A stretch of DNA of 64,000 nucleotides from Candidatus Moraniibacteriota bacterium (GTDB lineage Bacteria; Patescibacteriota; Minisyncoccia; Moranbacterales; DUUL01), in assembly GCA_041596615.1 (NCBI GenBank), contig JBFHIG010000002.1, forward strand, positions 3,162 through 67,161. Direction: 5' to 3'. A program made the position numbers and the translations under genes. The notes under the pieces are model-generated. The model was not told the DNA's origin, made no database searches, and saw only the letters and a program-made list of their open reading frames with translations. Position 1 is the stretch's first letter. Each line of letters starts with the position of its first letter. Positions 36,793-46,500 of the stretch are shown piece by piece.

Positions 36793-36835
36793 CCAGCCAG
36801 TGACTTATTAAAGTTGCTGGCTGTTTTTATTTTTG
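36793..36835 (+). terminator. Rho-independent terminator of the cassette
   Basis: CCAGCCAG...CTGGCTG stem with an inner ACTT/AAGT helix, followed by TTTTTATTTTT. Confidence 0.75.
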
Positions 36836-37099
36836 CCCAGTTACTTCCAATGTTTTATGCCCGTATTTATATTTTTTTGCCGTCTTAAAAAGTAAAATTT
36901 TTTGTTTTAATATTTTTGAAAACTTTTTTAGAAATATTTTTTGCAAATAATTTCCTGTTAAATTTGATCCGCTATTTTTACTTTCTTTGTTAAAGGTGTA
37001 TATAAAAGACCATCCATCTTTTAAAAGATTGTCAAAAATTATACTGCTAAACTGTTCTTTGCTTTCTATCTTATGAATCACATAGCTTGAAAAAACCAC
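36827..37099 (-). CDS. Hypothetical 90-aa protein (weak call)
   Basis: GTG start, K/F/S-rich and AT-rich, lying 38 nt downstream of the preceding minus-strand ORF. There are no supporting motifs. Confidence 0.3.
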   Translation of the reverse strand: MVFSSYVIHKIESKEQFSSIIFDNLLKDGWSFIYTFNKESKNSGSNLTGNYLQKIFLKKFSKILKQKILLFKTAKKYKYGHKTLEVTGQK

Positions 37100-37137
37100 C
37101 TCTCAAATCAAATGCTTTGCCTACGACCTTAAATTCC

Positions 37138-38211
37138 CTAGAAGCTTTCTATCTTCTTTTTTATTTCCCCAACTTTTTTTTGATCATTTCTTTCTTGCAG
37201 TTCTTTTTCCTGGGATTTTACTTTATGTAAAATAAACCCATGTCTCCCGGCTGCTTTGTATAAAATAATCTCATATTTATTTGTTTTATTAAGCTTTTCT
37301 AAAGCATCTACTAAACTATTTTTCCTTTCCAATAAATCGTTATCATTACCATTTCCACCAACCTGAATAGGCCAAATACGTGCCGACCCTCCCTCCGCCA
37401 GTAGTCCATCAATGTTTTGCATCAACTGTTGGATTTCTTTTGGGTCCTCTAGATAAGCAGGTGCAGAATATTCTGCCCAAATCTCATCTGCCGATTCGAT
37501 TCCCTGATCACTCATTTTTTCGATGAAGTTTTCAGCTGTAGCATCAAGAGAAATGACCGTGTCTGCACCTTCTTCAATATTCTCAACGAAAGGATCAATA
37601 TTTATAATGCTTGCAGGAACAATGCCCTTTTCTTTAAACTCCTCAGCTAACCTGCTACGCCCACCACCAAAAAGAACAATCTTTTTATCATTAAGTAGTT
37701 GTTTGGCAAAAACGCGAGTAGCTTCGGTGTTATATGAAAAAAAGAGTGTATTCCAGTAGGTCTCTCTTTTCGAAGCACCTTTACCTTTTTGAATTTCAAA
37801 AAACTTTCTCCCACGTTCAGTCGTGTCGAATGAACTACTGTTGGCAAGTTCACTTTTATTATGATAACCGATCACACCCTTAATGCCTTCAATGGCTTTG
37901 TCGTTTTCTGCTAGATCGAGAATATTATTCTGTTCTTCTGTTGCTTGTGCTACAATTTCCTTAATTTCTTCAATAATTTCTTGCTCTAAATCCTCTTCCT
38001 GCGCACGACCAGCATCAAACAGAAATCCTTTATCTTTTTTTATTTTTTGAGTCACCAACTCTCCTGCACGCTGAAGATATGCCGCTTGAGATTCTGTTAA
38101 CTTTCTATTAATTTCTTTTTCCGCTTCTTTTCCATTGCCGGCTTCTATTTTCGCTTCTGCCTCAAAAATTTTATTGGTTAGTTGTTTATTTTTATTTATT
38201 TTATCTTGCAT
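37138..38211 (-). CDS. Hypothetical protein: N-terminal coiled-coil plus C-terminal Rossmann-like (possibly SAM-methyltransferase-like) domain
   Basis: 357-aa ORF. The C-terminal half contains VLFGGGRSRL (a motif-I-like Gly loop), INIDPF (an acidic strand end) and LLAEGGSARIW. The assignment is tentative. Confidence 0.45.
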   Translation of the reverse strand: MQDKINKNKQLTNKIFEAEAKIEAGNGKEAEKEINRKLTESQAAYLQRAGELVTQKIKKDKGFLFDAGRAQEEDLEQEIIEEIKEIVAQATEEQNNILDLAENDKAIEGIKGVIGYHNKSELANSSSFDTTERGRKFFEIQKGKGASKRETYWNTLFFSYNTEATRVFAKQLLNDKKIVLFGGGRSRLAEEFKEKGIVPASIINIDPFVENIEEGADTVISLDATAENFIEKMSDQGIESADEIWAEYSAPAYLEDPKEIQQLMQNIDGLLAEGGSARIWPIQVGGNGNDNDLLERKNSLVDALEKLNKTNKYEIILYKAAGRHGFILHKVKSQEKELQERNDQKKVGEIKKKIESF

Positions 38212-38255
38212 TTTTTACTACCATTAAATTAGAATTATCTTTCTTTATTTCAAGC

Positions 38256-38954
38256 CTAATTTTGAATATTCAAAAACATTCCCAAAAAATGAGCTGTACT
38301 GCCGCCAAGAACAAAGAGATGCCAAATTGCATGATGATAGGGTATTTTTTTGAAAGAAAGAAAAAGAAGTCCCAGCATATAGAAAGCCCCACCGATAACT
38401 AACCAGATAATCACACCAGTTGGTACCATGGCTAACATTGGCTTTAATGCAACTAAAATTATCCACCCCATAAGAACATATAACACAGCAAGGATGAGTT
38501 CAATTTTTTCAGAGAAAAGGAGTCTTAGTACTATACCAATCAGAGCTAAAAACCAAACTATTCCCAACAAAGACCACCCCCACGGACCATGCAAATAAAC
38601 AAGCGTAATCGGCGTATATGTCCCAGCTATTAAAAGAAATATACCAATATAATCAAACAGTCGAAAAAATTTCTTAAGCTTGGTATTTTGAAAACCATGA
38701 AACAAGGTTGAAGAAAGATAGAGAAATATTAGTGTAGCACCAAAAACACTAAAACTAACAACATGCCAAATTGTTCCATATATATTTGCAAAAACAACCA
38801 AAAAAACAAGTGCTGTTATGCTCAAAAAAACACCCACACCATGAATCAAACTATTGACAACCTCTTCTTTTTTGCTTTGATATTGTAACGAAGCAATTTC
38901 GTTTTCAATTTGAATTAACTTTTGCTTTAGCTTCATGACTTTATATATAAACAA
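38256..38954 (-). CDS. Hemolysin III / PAQR-family membrane protein
   Basis: Seven TM helices and the C-terminal HHAIWHLFVLGGSTAHF motif characteristic of the family. Confidence 0.85.
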   Translation of the reverse strand: MFIYKVMKLKQKLIQIENEIASLQYQSKKEEVVNSLIHGVGVFLSITALVFLVVFANIYGTIWHVVSFSVFGATLIFLYLSSTLFHGFQNTKLKKFFRLFDYIGIFLLIAGTYTPITLVYLHGPWGWSLLGIVWFLALIGIVLRLLFSEKIELILAVLYVLMGWIILVALKPMLAMVPTGVIIWLVIGGAFYMLGLLFLSFKKIPYHHAIWHLFVLGGSTAHFLGMFLNIQN

Positions 38955-39049
38955 TTCCTACTCTTATATCATATCATATCCCTATTAATACAAAAATAGT
39001 GCCAATTGACACTATTTTTATATTGAGAGATTCAAAATTAAATAGAAAT

Positions 39050-40168
39050 CTAAAGTCCTGATTCTTGTAATTTCCTTATTAACCTTTTTTGATCACGCGA
39101 AAGGTTCTCTGGAATTTTCACCTTAACTTCTACCAAGTGGTTTCCCCTACCAAAACGATCTTCTCTATTAATTCCTTTATTTCTGATTTTAAAAATATCA
39201 CCAGATTGAGTACCAGGAGTGATTTTCATGCTCATAGTTCCTTCTATTGTTTCAATATCAATCTTATCTCCGAGTACAGCTTGGGAGAATAAAATCTCAA
39301 CTCCTGAAATGATATCATCGCTACTCCTTCTAAAACGTGGGTCTGGTTTCACGTGCACTGTTATAAATAAACTGCCAGCTCGTCCTCCACCAATTGGCAT
39401 CTCGCCATGGCCGGTTGCACGAATTGTTTGCCCGCTTTCAATTCCTGCTGGAATTTTAATGTTGATTTTTTGATAATCTCTTACTACTCCATCGCCACCA
39501 CATTTTTCGCACTTCTCTTTCGGAATTTGTCCTTTACCATTACATTTTTCGCAAACCACAACTTGTTGAATAGCACCAAACATGCTTCTTACTGTTTTGT
39601 GAACTTTACCCGCCCCTCCGCATACATCGCAGTTTTTAGTATTTTTATTTTTTGCTCCAGTGCCTTCACACCTATCACAGATAACTTTCTTGTATAATTC
39701 AATTTCTTTTTCAACACCAAGCGCCATCTCCTTAAATGTAATTTCTACATCAACTGCAATATCAGAACCAACACGTTCTCTTGACCTGGTCTCACCTCCA
39801 AATCCTGCTTGTGAAAATAAATCTGAGAATAAATCCTCAAATCCCCCTCCATTTCCCGAACCTGTTTGCCCAAAATCAAAATTAAAACTACCATTATTAA
39901 AACCACCGAAACCACCAGCCGCTCCGCTTCTCCCATTGGCTCCTTCAAAAGTTTGCCCAAAACTATCATACTGTTGGCGTTTTTGCTTATCTGAAAGCGT
40001 CTGATATGCTCCGTTTATTTCCTTGAATTTTGCTTCATCGCCATCTTTTTTATCTGGGTGGTATTTGTGTGCAAGCTTTCTATATGCTTTCTTAATTTCA
40101 TCATCTGATGCATTTTTATCAACACCTAAAATAGAATAAAGATCCTTACTCATTTTATTATAAATCAC
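39050..40168 (-). CDS. dnaJ: Molecular chaperone DnaJ
   Basis: J-domain (DLYSILGV...[15 protein letters not shown]), a G/F-rich region, and four CxxCxGxG zinc-finger repeats. The likely true start is the Met at 40153. Confidence 0.95.
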   Translation of the reverse strand: MIYNKMSKDLYSILGVDKNASDDEIKKAYRKLAHKYHPDKKDGDEAKFKEINGAYQTLSDKQKRQQYDSFGQTFEGANGRSGAAGGFGGFNNGSFNFDFGQTGSGNGGGFEDLFSDLFSQAGFGGETRSRERVGSDIAVDVEITFKEMALGVEKEIELYKKVICDRCEGTGAKNKNTKNCDVCGGAGKVHKTVRSMFGAIQQVVVCEKCNGKGQIPKEKCEKCGGDGVVRDYQKINIKIPAGIESGQTIRATGHGEMPIGGGRAGSLFITVHVKPDPRFRRSSDDIISGVEILFSQAVLGDKIDIETIEGTMSMKITPGTQSGDIFKIRNKGINREDRFGRGNHLVEVKVKIPENLSRDQKRLIRKLQESGL

Positions 40169-40196
40169 TAACTTTTTATTAACCTACTTGGGAAAA

Positions 40197-41222
40197 TTAA
40201 ACCTCAATAGTCTCAACTTCCTTTTTCTCCTTAATAATTTTTATTTTTCCCAGTCTAACAAGTATAGAGAAAATTCCTGAAACTGTCCAGAAAAGAACTA
40301 CATTGGCAATCCATACAATTGATCTTACCGAGACAAATAAAGCAAGGGCCGCTCCTATCGGCAAAATATCTGATGAGATCATCTCCCCATTGATTAGCTC
40401 GTTTGCTCTTTTATTGATTAGATTATGAAGAACCTCGTCAATCCTTTCATTTCCATCAAGCTCTACCTGCAGTTTTCCCTCTAAAGTTTCTCTATTTTTC
40501 TCAATAAGCGCCCTTTCTTTCTCCCACATCTCTCTCTCCATTCCAGCTTCTAATTGAGCTCTTGTTTCATCATTAACTTCATTTTGAATCTCCTCTAAAA
40601 CGGTTCCCCTAAGAGATACATCTTGGGAGCGGATAATTTTTCGAAAATATTCATCCACCGTCACTCCATCAACAATCCACGACACTTCTTCATTAGGCAT
40701 TATAATGTTCATTGTTGTAAAAGCCGTCCTTGTTGTTTCTATCGGCAAATCAACATTAAACCTGGGAACTTTCCCAACCTTTTGAAGATTAGCAATTGAA
40801 AAATAGAAACCAACAGAAACCAAAAGCGTAAAAACTGTTCCAATTATTGGAGCACCTCTTTTCAGAACTCTATAAATATCTATATTAATCCGATTATCCT
40901 GTTCTGTTTTGATTCTTCCTATCGCCACCACACAACCCGCTGTAACTAGAACCCAAACTAAAAAAGCCCCTATTAAATAATCTTTTCCCAAGAAAACAGC
41001 TCCCAACATTCCGAAAGAACACACAATATATAAAATTCGAGAATCATGTTCTAAAATAATCAAAAAATAAAACGACAAAAAAGCAAAAATAAAAAAAATC
41101 ACGGGAAGAAGTAAGCCGTCGTAGTTATTTATAAAAAAAGCGCGATATAACAAAAGCCAACCTGCTGAAAATAATATTATAATTCCCGTTATCAAAAAAC
41201 GTAGCAGTTTTTTATTTTTCAT
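40197..41222 (-). CDS. Hypothetical polytopic membrane protein
   Basis: 341-aa ORF with about 4 N-terminal TM helices, a charged coiled central region, and 2 C-terminal TM helices. No family recognised. Confidence 0.55.
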   Translation of the reverse strand: MKNKKLLRFLITGIIILFSAGWLLLYRAFFINNYDGLLLPVIFFIFAFLSFYFLIILEHDSRILYIVCSFGMLGAVFLGKDYLIGAFLVWVLVTAGCVVAIGRIKTEQDNRINIDIYRVLKRGAPIIGTVFTLLVSVGFYFSIANLQKVGKVPRFNVDLPIETTRTAFTTMNIIMPNEEVSWIVDGVTVDEYFRKIIRSQDVSLRGTVLEEIQNEVNDETRAQLEAGMEREMWEKERALIEKNRETLEGKLQVELDGNERIDEVLHNLINKRANELINGEMISSDILPIGAALALFVSVRSIVWIANVVLFWTVSGIFSILVRLGKIKIIKEKKEVETIEV

Positions 41223-41253
41223 ACTTTGTTTTTATTTTTATTTTTAAACCGTT

Positions 41254-41865
41254 TTATTCTTTTCCGCGCATTATTACACCCTCTTCTCTTTTTTGCTCTT
41301 TAATTGCATTTTTTTGTAAAGCCATAATAACGGTTCTAATCATCACTGGATCCTCAACTTGCTTGAAAACAAAACGTTCCCTTTCTCCAGCAGTTTGGAT
41401 ATAGACTTGTCCGAATTTAAGCAAAGTTGGTATTACACCATGAATTTCGGTTGTCACATCTTGAATCTTGCCATGCTCCAACTCGCTTATTTCTCGCCTA
41501 AATAAACCTATTTGCTCGATACTGATAATTCTTTGGTCGGTAACAATCCAAACATCATAATAGAAATCAATCCACATCACAAAAAGTCCTACCCAGAAAG
41601 CCATTAGTGAAAAACTCATAATCACATTGAAAACATGATTATCAATTATAAAAGGAAGCCTGTTTGCGACAATTGGAGCTAAAACAAAAACGATAATAAT
41701 GCCTATTAAAAAAATAACAAAAGGAATTAGCTTTACAATGAAAATTAACCAGTGTCTGCGTAAAATCAAGATGATTTCTTCATCATCTCTTTTCCCTTTG
41801 AATTTATAATCCAAGAATCTATGTTGATAATTTTTTTTATTATTATTCATAATAAGAGCCTTCAT
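41254..41865 (-). CDS. Membrane protein with a bacterial PH-like (YdbT/DUF304-like) C-terminal domain
   Basis: Two TM helices after EEIILILRRHW are followed by a beta-rich ~80-aa domain. The layout resembles bPH_2 proteins, as recalled from memory. Confidence 0.45.
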   Translation of the reverse strand: MKALIMNNNKKNYQHRFLDYKFKGKRDDEEIILILRRHWLIFIVKLIPFVIFLIGIIIVFVLAPIVANRLPFIIDNHVFNVIMSFSLMAFWVGLFVMWIDFYYDVWIVTDQRIISIEQIGLFRREISELEHGKIQDVTTEIHGVIPTLLKFGQVYIQTAGERERFVFKQVEDPVMIRTVIMALQKNAIKEQKREEGVIMRGKE

Positions 41866-42103
41866 AGTCTAAATTATTTGGAATTACAGTAAAGTTAAAT
41901 GAAAGCGAATCCCAATCGACTTGAATTGCATTTGAAATATTAAAAGTTATAACAAGCAAACAACCAACAATAAAAATCAATGTCGTTATTGTGGAAATTT
42001 TTTCGTTTAATTTATTTACTCTAAGATGATAAACCACCGCCAAAAAACCGCCAAAAAAGAAAATTAGAAAAAGAAAATACACAATTAACGGTAAATTTAT
42101 CAT
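41843..42103 (-). CDS. Small two-TM membrane protein
   Basis: 86-aa ORF with two hydrophobic helices. Its end overlaps the downstream ORF start by 23 nt. Confidence 0.4.
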   Translation of the reverse strand: MINLPLIVYFLFLIFFFGGFLAVVYHLRVNKLNEKISTITTLIFIVGCLLVITFNISNAIQVDWDSLSFNFTVIPNNLDYEGSYYE

Positions 42104-42130
42104 CTTTTTTTTATTATTTGACTAGCTTAA

Positions 42131-43129
42131 TTAGTTTCTGTTTTCAGGAATTTCAATTCCCAAATGCTTATAAGCGGCATCTGTAACGCGTCTTCCTCGT
42201 GGAGTTCTTTCGAGAAATCCTAACTGCATTAAAAATGGTTCATAAACCTCTTCAATTGTTTGAATGTCTTCAGAAAAAGCTGCTGCAATTGTTTGAACTC
42301 CTACAGGACCACCAGCAAACTTATTTATCATAACGCTCAAAACTTCCCTATCAGCTGTTTCTAAACCCAAGCTATCAACATCCAAAATCTCAAAAGTAGC
42401 TAACACCGTTTTATTTGTTATTACTGAATGATTATTCATTTGTGCATAATCTCTCACTCTTTTTAATAGTCTATTGACAATTCTTGGTGTTTTTCGGGAA
42501 CATTTTGCAATTGTTGCCCTCCCCTCCAAATCAGTTTTTATTCCTAAAATATTGCTATTTCTTTCGATTATTTGACACATTTCCTCTTCAGAATAGAACT
42601 CTAATTTGTTAATAATTCCAAATCGATTTCTAAGTGGGGCCGATAACATTCCTAATCTTGTTGTTGCCCCAATAAGCGTGAATTTTGGCAGCTCCAATTG
42701 AATCGTTCTTGCTGATGGACCTTTTCCAACGATAATATCCAACTTTCCATCCTCCATTGCCGGATATAAAACTTCCTCCACCACCTTGCTTAACCTGTGA
42801 ATTTCATCAACAAAAAGCACATCTCCGTCATTTAAGTTCGTCAAAATTGAACCTAGATCACCGACTCTCTCAATTGCAGGCCCCGATGTTGTTTTAATTC
42901 CAGCACCCATCTCCCTGGAAATAATATGGGCCAGAGTGGTCTTTCCTAATCCTGGAGGACCAAATAACAAAATATGATCAAGTGCCTCTTTTCTTTGTTT
43001 CGCTGCGCCCATCAAAATATGCAAATTCCTCTTCACAATCTTTTGCCCAACATAATCGCTTAGGGTCTGAGGTCGCAAAGTAATCTCCAATTGTTCATCT
43101 ATCTCCTCTTTTTTGTTTGTTTCAATCAT
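42131..43129 (-). CDS. ruvB: Holliday junction branch-migration ATPase RuvB
   Basis: [12 protein letters not shown], Walker [12 protein letters not shown], Walker [10 protein letters not shown], and a C-terminal winged helix. Confidence 0.95.
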   Translation of the reverse strand: MIETNKKEEIDEQLEITLRPQTLSDYVGQKIVKRNLHILMGAAKQRKEALDHILLFGPPGLGKTTLAHIISREMGAGIKTTSGPAIERVGDLGSILTNLNDGDVLFVDEIHRLSKVVEEVLYPAMEDGKLDIIVGKGPSARTIQLELPKFTLIGATTRLGMLSAPLRNRFGIINKLEFYSEEEMCQIIERNSNILGIKTDLEGRATIAKCSRKTPRIVNRLLKRVRDYAQMNNHSVITNKTVLATFEILDVDSLGLETADREVLSVMINKFAGGPVGVQTIAAAFSEDIQTIEEVYEPFLMQLGFLERTPRGRRVTDAAYKHLGIEIPENRN

Positions 43130-43234
43130 CGCTCTTAAATTACCTTCGTTATCTTCTTTCCTATTCTACCACTTTATATTTTTTTTGCATTAATTGCTCT
43201 GTTTTTGAAATTAGAGAGAAAGTAATAATATCTC

Positions 43235-43263
43235 TTGACAATTTTTTAGCTTTATGCTAGGAT
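43235..43263 (+). promoter_or_regulatory. Near-consensus sigma70 promoter with extended -10
   Basis: TTGACA (43235-43240), a 17-nt spacer ending in TGC, then TAGGAT (43258-43263). Confidence 0.55.
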
Positions 43264-43269
43264 GTACTA

Positions 43270-43495
43270 ACGTGGATTTGAAATTATGTTAATGTTTTTT
43301 TACATTTTTAGTGTCAACCTGTAGACAAGGGTGCTCTGAACTCCCAAGGAATCCTTCTTAGTATAGGTTAGTGTGGTTTAGGCTGTGCTATCCTCGGATT
43401 TATTCCTGCCTTATACCTTGTGTGTAAGCTTTTATTGTCTACAGATTGATGTTAGAAATGCGCTTTGAAACTGCCTTTTTAGGGCAGTTTTTTGT
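43270..43495 (+). ncRNA. Candidate ~225-nt structured small RNA (unclassified)
   Basis: It is bracketed by the promoter above and a strong terminator. A 15-bp long-range helix with one mismatch (43314-43328 pairs with 43435-43449) encloses ~105 nt containing local hairpins. There is no credible ORF: the track ORF at 43446-43793 is an antisense shadow. Confidence 0.4.
43468..43495. terminator. Rho-independent terminator (best on +; may also serve the convergent ATPase gene)
   Basis: AAACTGCC-TTTTTAG-GGCAGTTT perfect 8-bp stem followed by TTTG. It lies 16 nt from the stop of the minus-strand ORF ending at 43511. Confidence 0.8.
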
Positions 43496-43510
43496 TACCT
43501 ATTTTTGTTA

Positions 43511-46500
43511 TTATTCTGCTTGGCTCTCAGAATCTTCATTCAATCTTCGCCCTACTTGTTTAACTTTTTCAACATACTCAATTTCCGTAATTACATGTGC
43601 TACTTCATCAAGCGTAGTCTCTCCTCTTAGAATATGCAATATCCCATCCTGTCCCATTGTCAACATTCCTTCTTCAATAGCCTTTTCTCGAATCTCAATT
43701 GTAATGGGGTTTGTTGTTAAAAATTTCTGCATTACTCTATCGATCTCCAGTACTTCTGTAATTGCAACTCTTCCTTTAAATCCAAGGTTGTGACACTTCT
43801 CACAACCAACTGGCTCAAAAACCTTGTCCACTTTTTTAGGGATATCAATTTTTACTTTAGGGGATATACTATTCAGAACCTCTTCTATAATTTCCTCCTC
43901 TTCAACCTTCACAGCTCTTTCTCTTTTACAATGAGGACAAAGCGTCCTAACAAGTCTTTGTGCCACAAAACAATTAGTTCCGGAAGAAAGGTCTGACATG
44001 GAGACGCCCATATTCAACAATCTTTGCACCGAACCAGCAGCACTATTAGTATGCAATGTTGTTAAAATCAAATGACCTGTTAAAGCGACTTTATAAGCGG
44101 CGTTAGCACTTTCAGAATCTCTTATTTCTCCCACCATTATGATATCGGGATCCTGTCTTAAAATAACCCTCATTGCGCTCGAAAAAGTATAGCCATCATC
44201 TTCTTTTACCTGTGTCTGCAAGACTCCTTCCATTTGATATTCAATTGGATCCTCTATTGTTATAACCTTAAGTTTTGGATCTTTGAGATAATTCAAAAGA
44301 CTATACAAAGTGGTTGTTTTACCACTGCCAGTTGGTCCTGTATCCATGATAATCCCGTTTGGCTTTGCAACATTTCTAAGTATCTTCTCGAGGTTATAAG
44401 GATTCATGTTTAGTTCAGCTAGTTCTGTAACCTGAACACTTTGACTTAAAAGTCTCATAACGATAACATCTCCAAAACCACCCAATATTACCGAGACTCT
44501 AACATCTATTGATTCCTCCCCCGACTCCCTTTCCTTGTTTGAATAAACAATTTTAAACCTTCCATCTATAACTCCCTCTCTCTTTCCCGTTTTCACTCCC
44601 ATCAAATTTTTAATCTCATTTAAAACAGTAAGATAATCATTCATTGAAAGAAGTGCAACGTCATGCAAAACTCCGTCAATTCGATATCTGATTTTAAATT
44701 TTTTCAATCCAGGCTCTATATGAATATCACCAGTGCCTGTATATACAGCTCCAATTAAAACATATCGCACCAATTCCTTTGGAGGAAGAACAGAAAATAA
44801 TTCTTCGAATTCTTCATAGTCATTTTTCACTTTGGCCATTTTTTCTAAAACGTCGTCTTTGATAAAAATTCCACGCGCCAAAGATTGAACAACTATTTTC
44901 TCATACAAATCAATCAAATATTCTCCCTTTCCAACCACACGTTGCAATTCTTCGATTGAAGTTGTTCCAGTAACTGATTTTAAAATTCCGTCCTGTTCCA
45001 GAGTAATCATTCCATTCTCTAATGCTGCGCTCCTAATTTCATCCTCCGGAGCCATTTTTTCAATAGCAGTTTTGATTTCTTCTGTAATAACAAGAATTTC
45101 AAAAATTCCAACCCTCCCTTTATAACCAAGCCCGTGACATTTGGCGCAACCTCTTGGCTTCCAAAGCCTATCAATACGTTTGGGGATTGAAATGTCTGCC
45201 TTAGGAGAAATAAGTGCGAGCATTTTTTTTATCATATCGATAGTTTCACTTGCTGGTACATATTCTTCTTTACAGTGTGGGCATAGACGCCTCAAAAGAC
45301 GCTGAGCAACAAAAGCATTTACTGCAGGCGCGATTAAGTTAGGCTTAACTCCAAGGTCAACAAATCTTCCGATTACACCACTAGCACTGTTTGCATGTGT
45401 CGTTGAAAGCACTAGATGCCCTGTTAAAGAAGCGTGTATAGCAATTTCAGCAGTAGATTCATCTCTAATTTCTCCAACTAAAATAATGTCTGGATCTTGA
45501 CGCATAATTGCTCTTAATCCATTTTCAAAAGTATACCCTTTCGAATCCTCAACTTGTGTTTGACTCACACCAGGAACTTGATACTCAATCGGATTTTCAA
45601 TACTGATAATTTTTTTATCAACAGAATTCAAGCGATTGATTAAAGAATAAAGAGTTGTGGTCTTTCCACTCCCTGTTGGTCCGGAATTGATAATCGCTCC
45701 TTGCTTCTTCTCTGATTCTTTAATAAGCCATTCATAATTTAGCCCCTCCAATCCCATTTTACTTAGAGATAGATCCTCAATATTCTGACTGAGCAAACGA
45801 ACCACAATGTTTTCACCAAAATTCCCTGGCAAAATTGAAACTCGGAGATCCATCGCTGACTGACCTTCTCTTTCAACAGAAAAACGACCATCTTGGGCAA
45901 TATCACGCACATTTATCATCATTTTTCCAAGTACCTTTACTCTTGAGACGATAGTCGGATATATATGGATTGGAAAAGATGCTACCGTTTGAAGAACGCC
46001 ATCGATACGAAACCTCAAACGAACTTTACCTGTTTGTTGAGGTTCAAAATGAATATCTGAAGATTGCAACTTAATTGCTCCAGCAAGAATCATATTTAGC
46101 ACTTTAGTCACCGGGAGATCTCTGATTCTTTTATCCATATCCAAAACACCCTTCGTTTCATCCTCAAAATTAGCCAGTTCTTCGCCTGTTAAGCCAGCTC
46201 TCAATGTGTCAAGAATCACACTTAGATTTTCTTTTCCATACTCCATCCAAGCTCTTTCGATTGAAGACTGGGACACCACGAAAAGCTCAACCCTCATCCC
46301 GTCATCCTCTAAATCAGCAATAAAATCTCTAACTTTTCCATCTTCAGGATTTGTTGCTACTAGCTTAATTGATCTTTCTAGTTTATGGATAACCGCAATT
46401 CCTAAACTTTTCGCCTTTTCCTTCTCAATAAATTTAACATTCTCTTGGTCAATTGGGAAAATATTCAAATCCAAATAAGCCAAGTGTAAATCCTTTGCAA

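Noticed and set aside
43329-43434. Possible SRP (4.5S) RNA on the minus strand (GGCAGG...UCC-GAG-GAU-AGCACAGCC resembles helix 8)
   Set aside because: The apical loop is CGAG rather than GNAR. An AAUAAA insertion breaks the CAGGUCC element, and the AGCAGCC side is interrupted. The promoter and terminator signals also favour the plus strand.
14693-43444. Recurrence of CCTGTAGAC / TGTAGACAA (14693, 34849, 43319, reverse complement at 43437) as a shared regulatory word
   Set aside because: A 7-9-mer occurring a few times in 128 kb of two-strand sequence is within chance expectation. Only the 43319/43437 pair is meaningful, as a helix.
43314-43449. 15-bp inverted repeats as termini of a miniature inverted-repeat transposable element
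   Set aside because: No flanking target-site duplication is visible (left flank TAGTG, right flank TGTTA) and there is no second copy in the window. The flanking promoter and terminator fit an RNA gene better. This cannot be fully excluded without the whole genome.
43446-43793. 115-aa plus-strand ORF spanning the terminator hairpin and the 3' end of the tandem ATPase gene
   Set aside because: It starts inside the candidate ncRNA, reads through a strong terminator, and is antisense to a well-supported gene. It has no SD.
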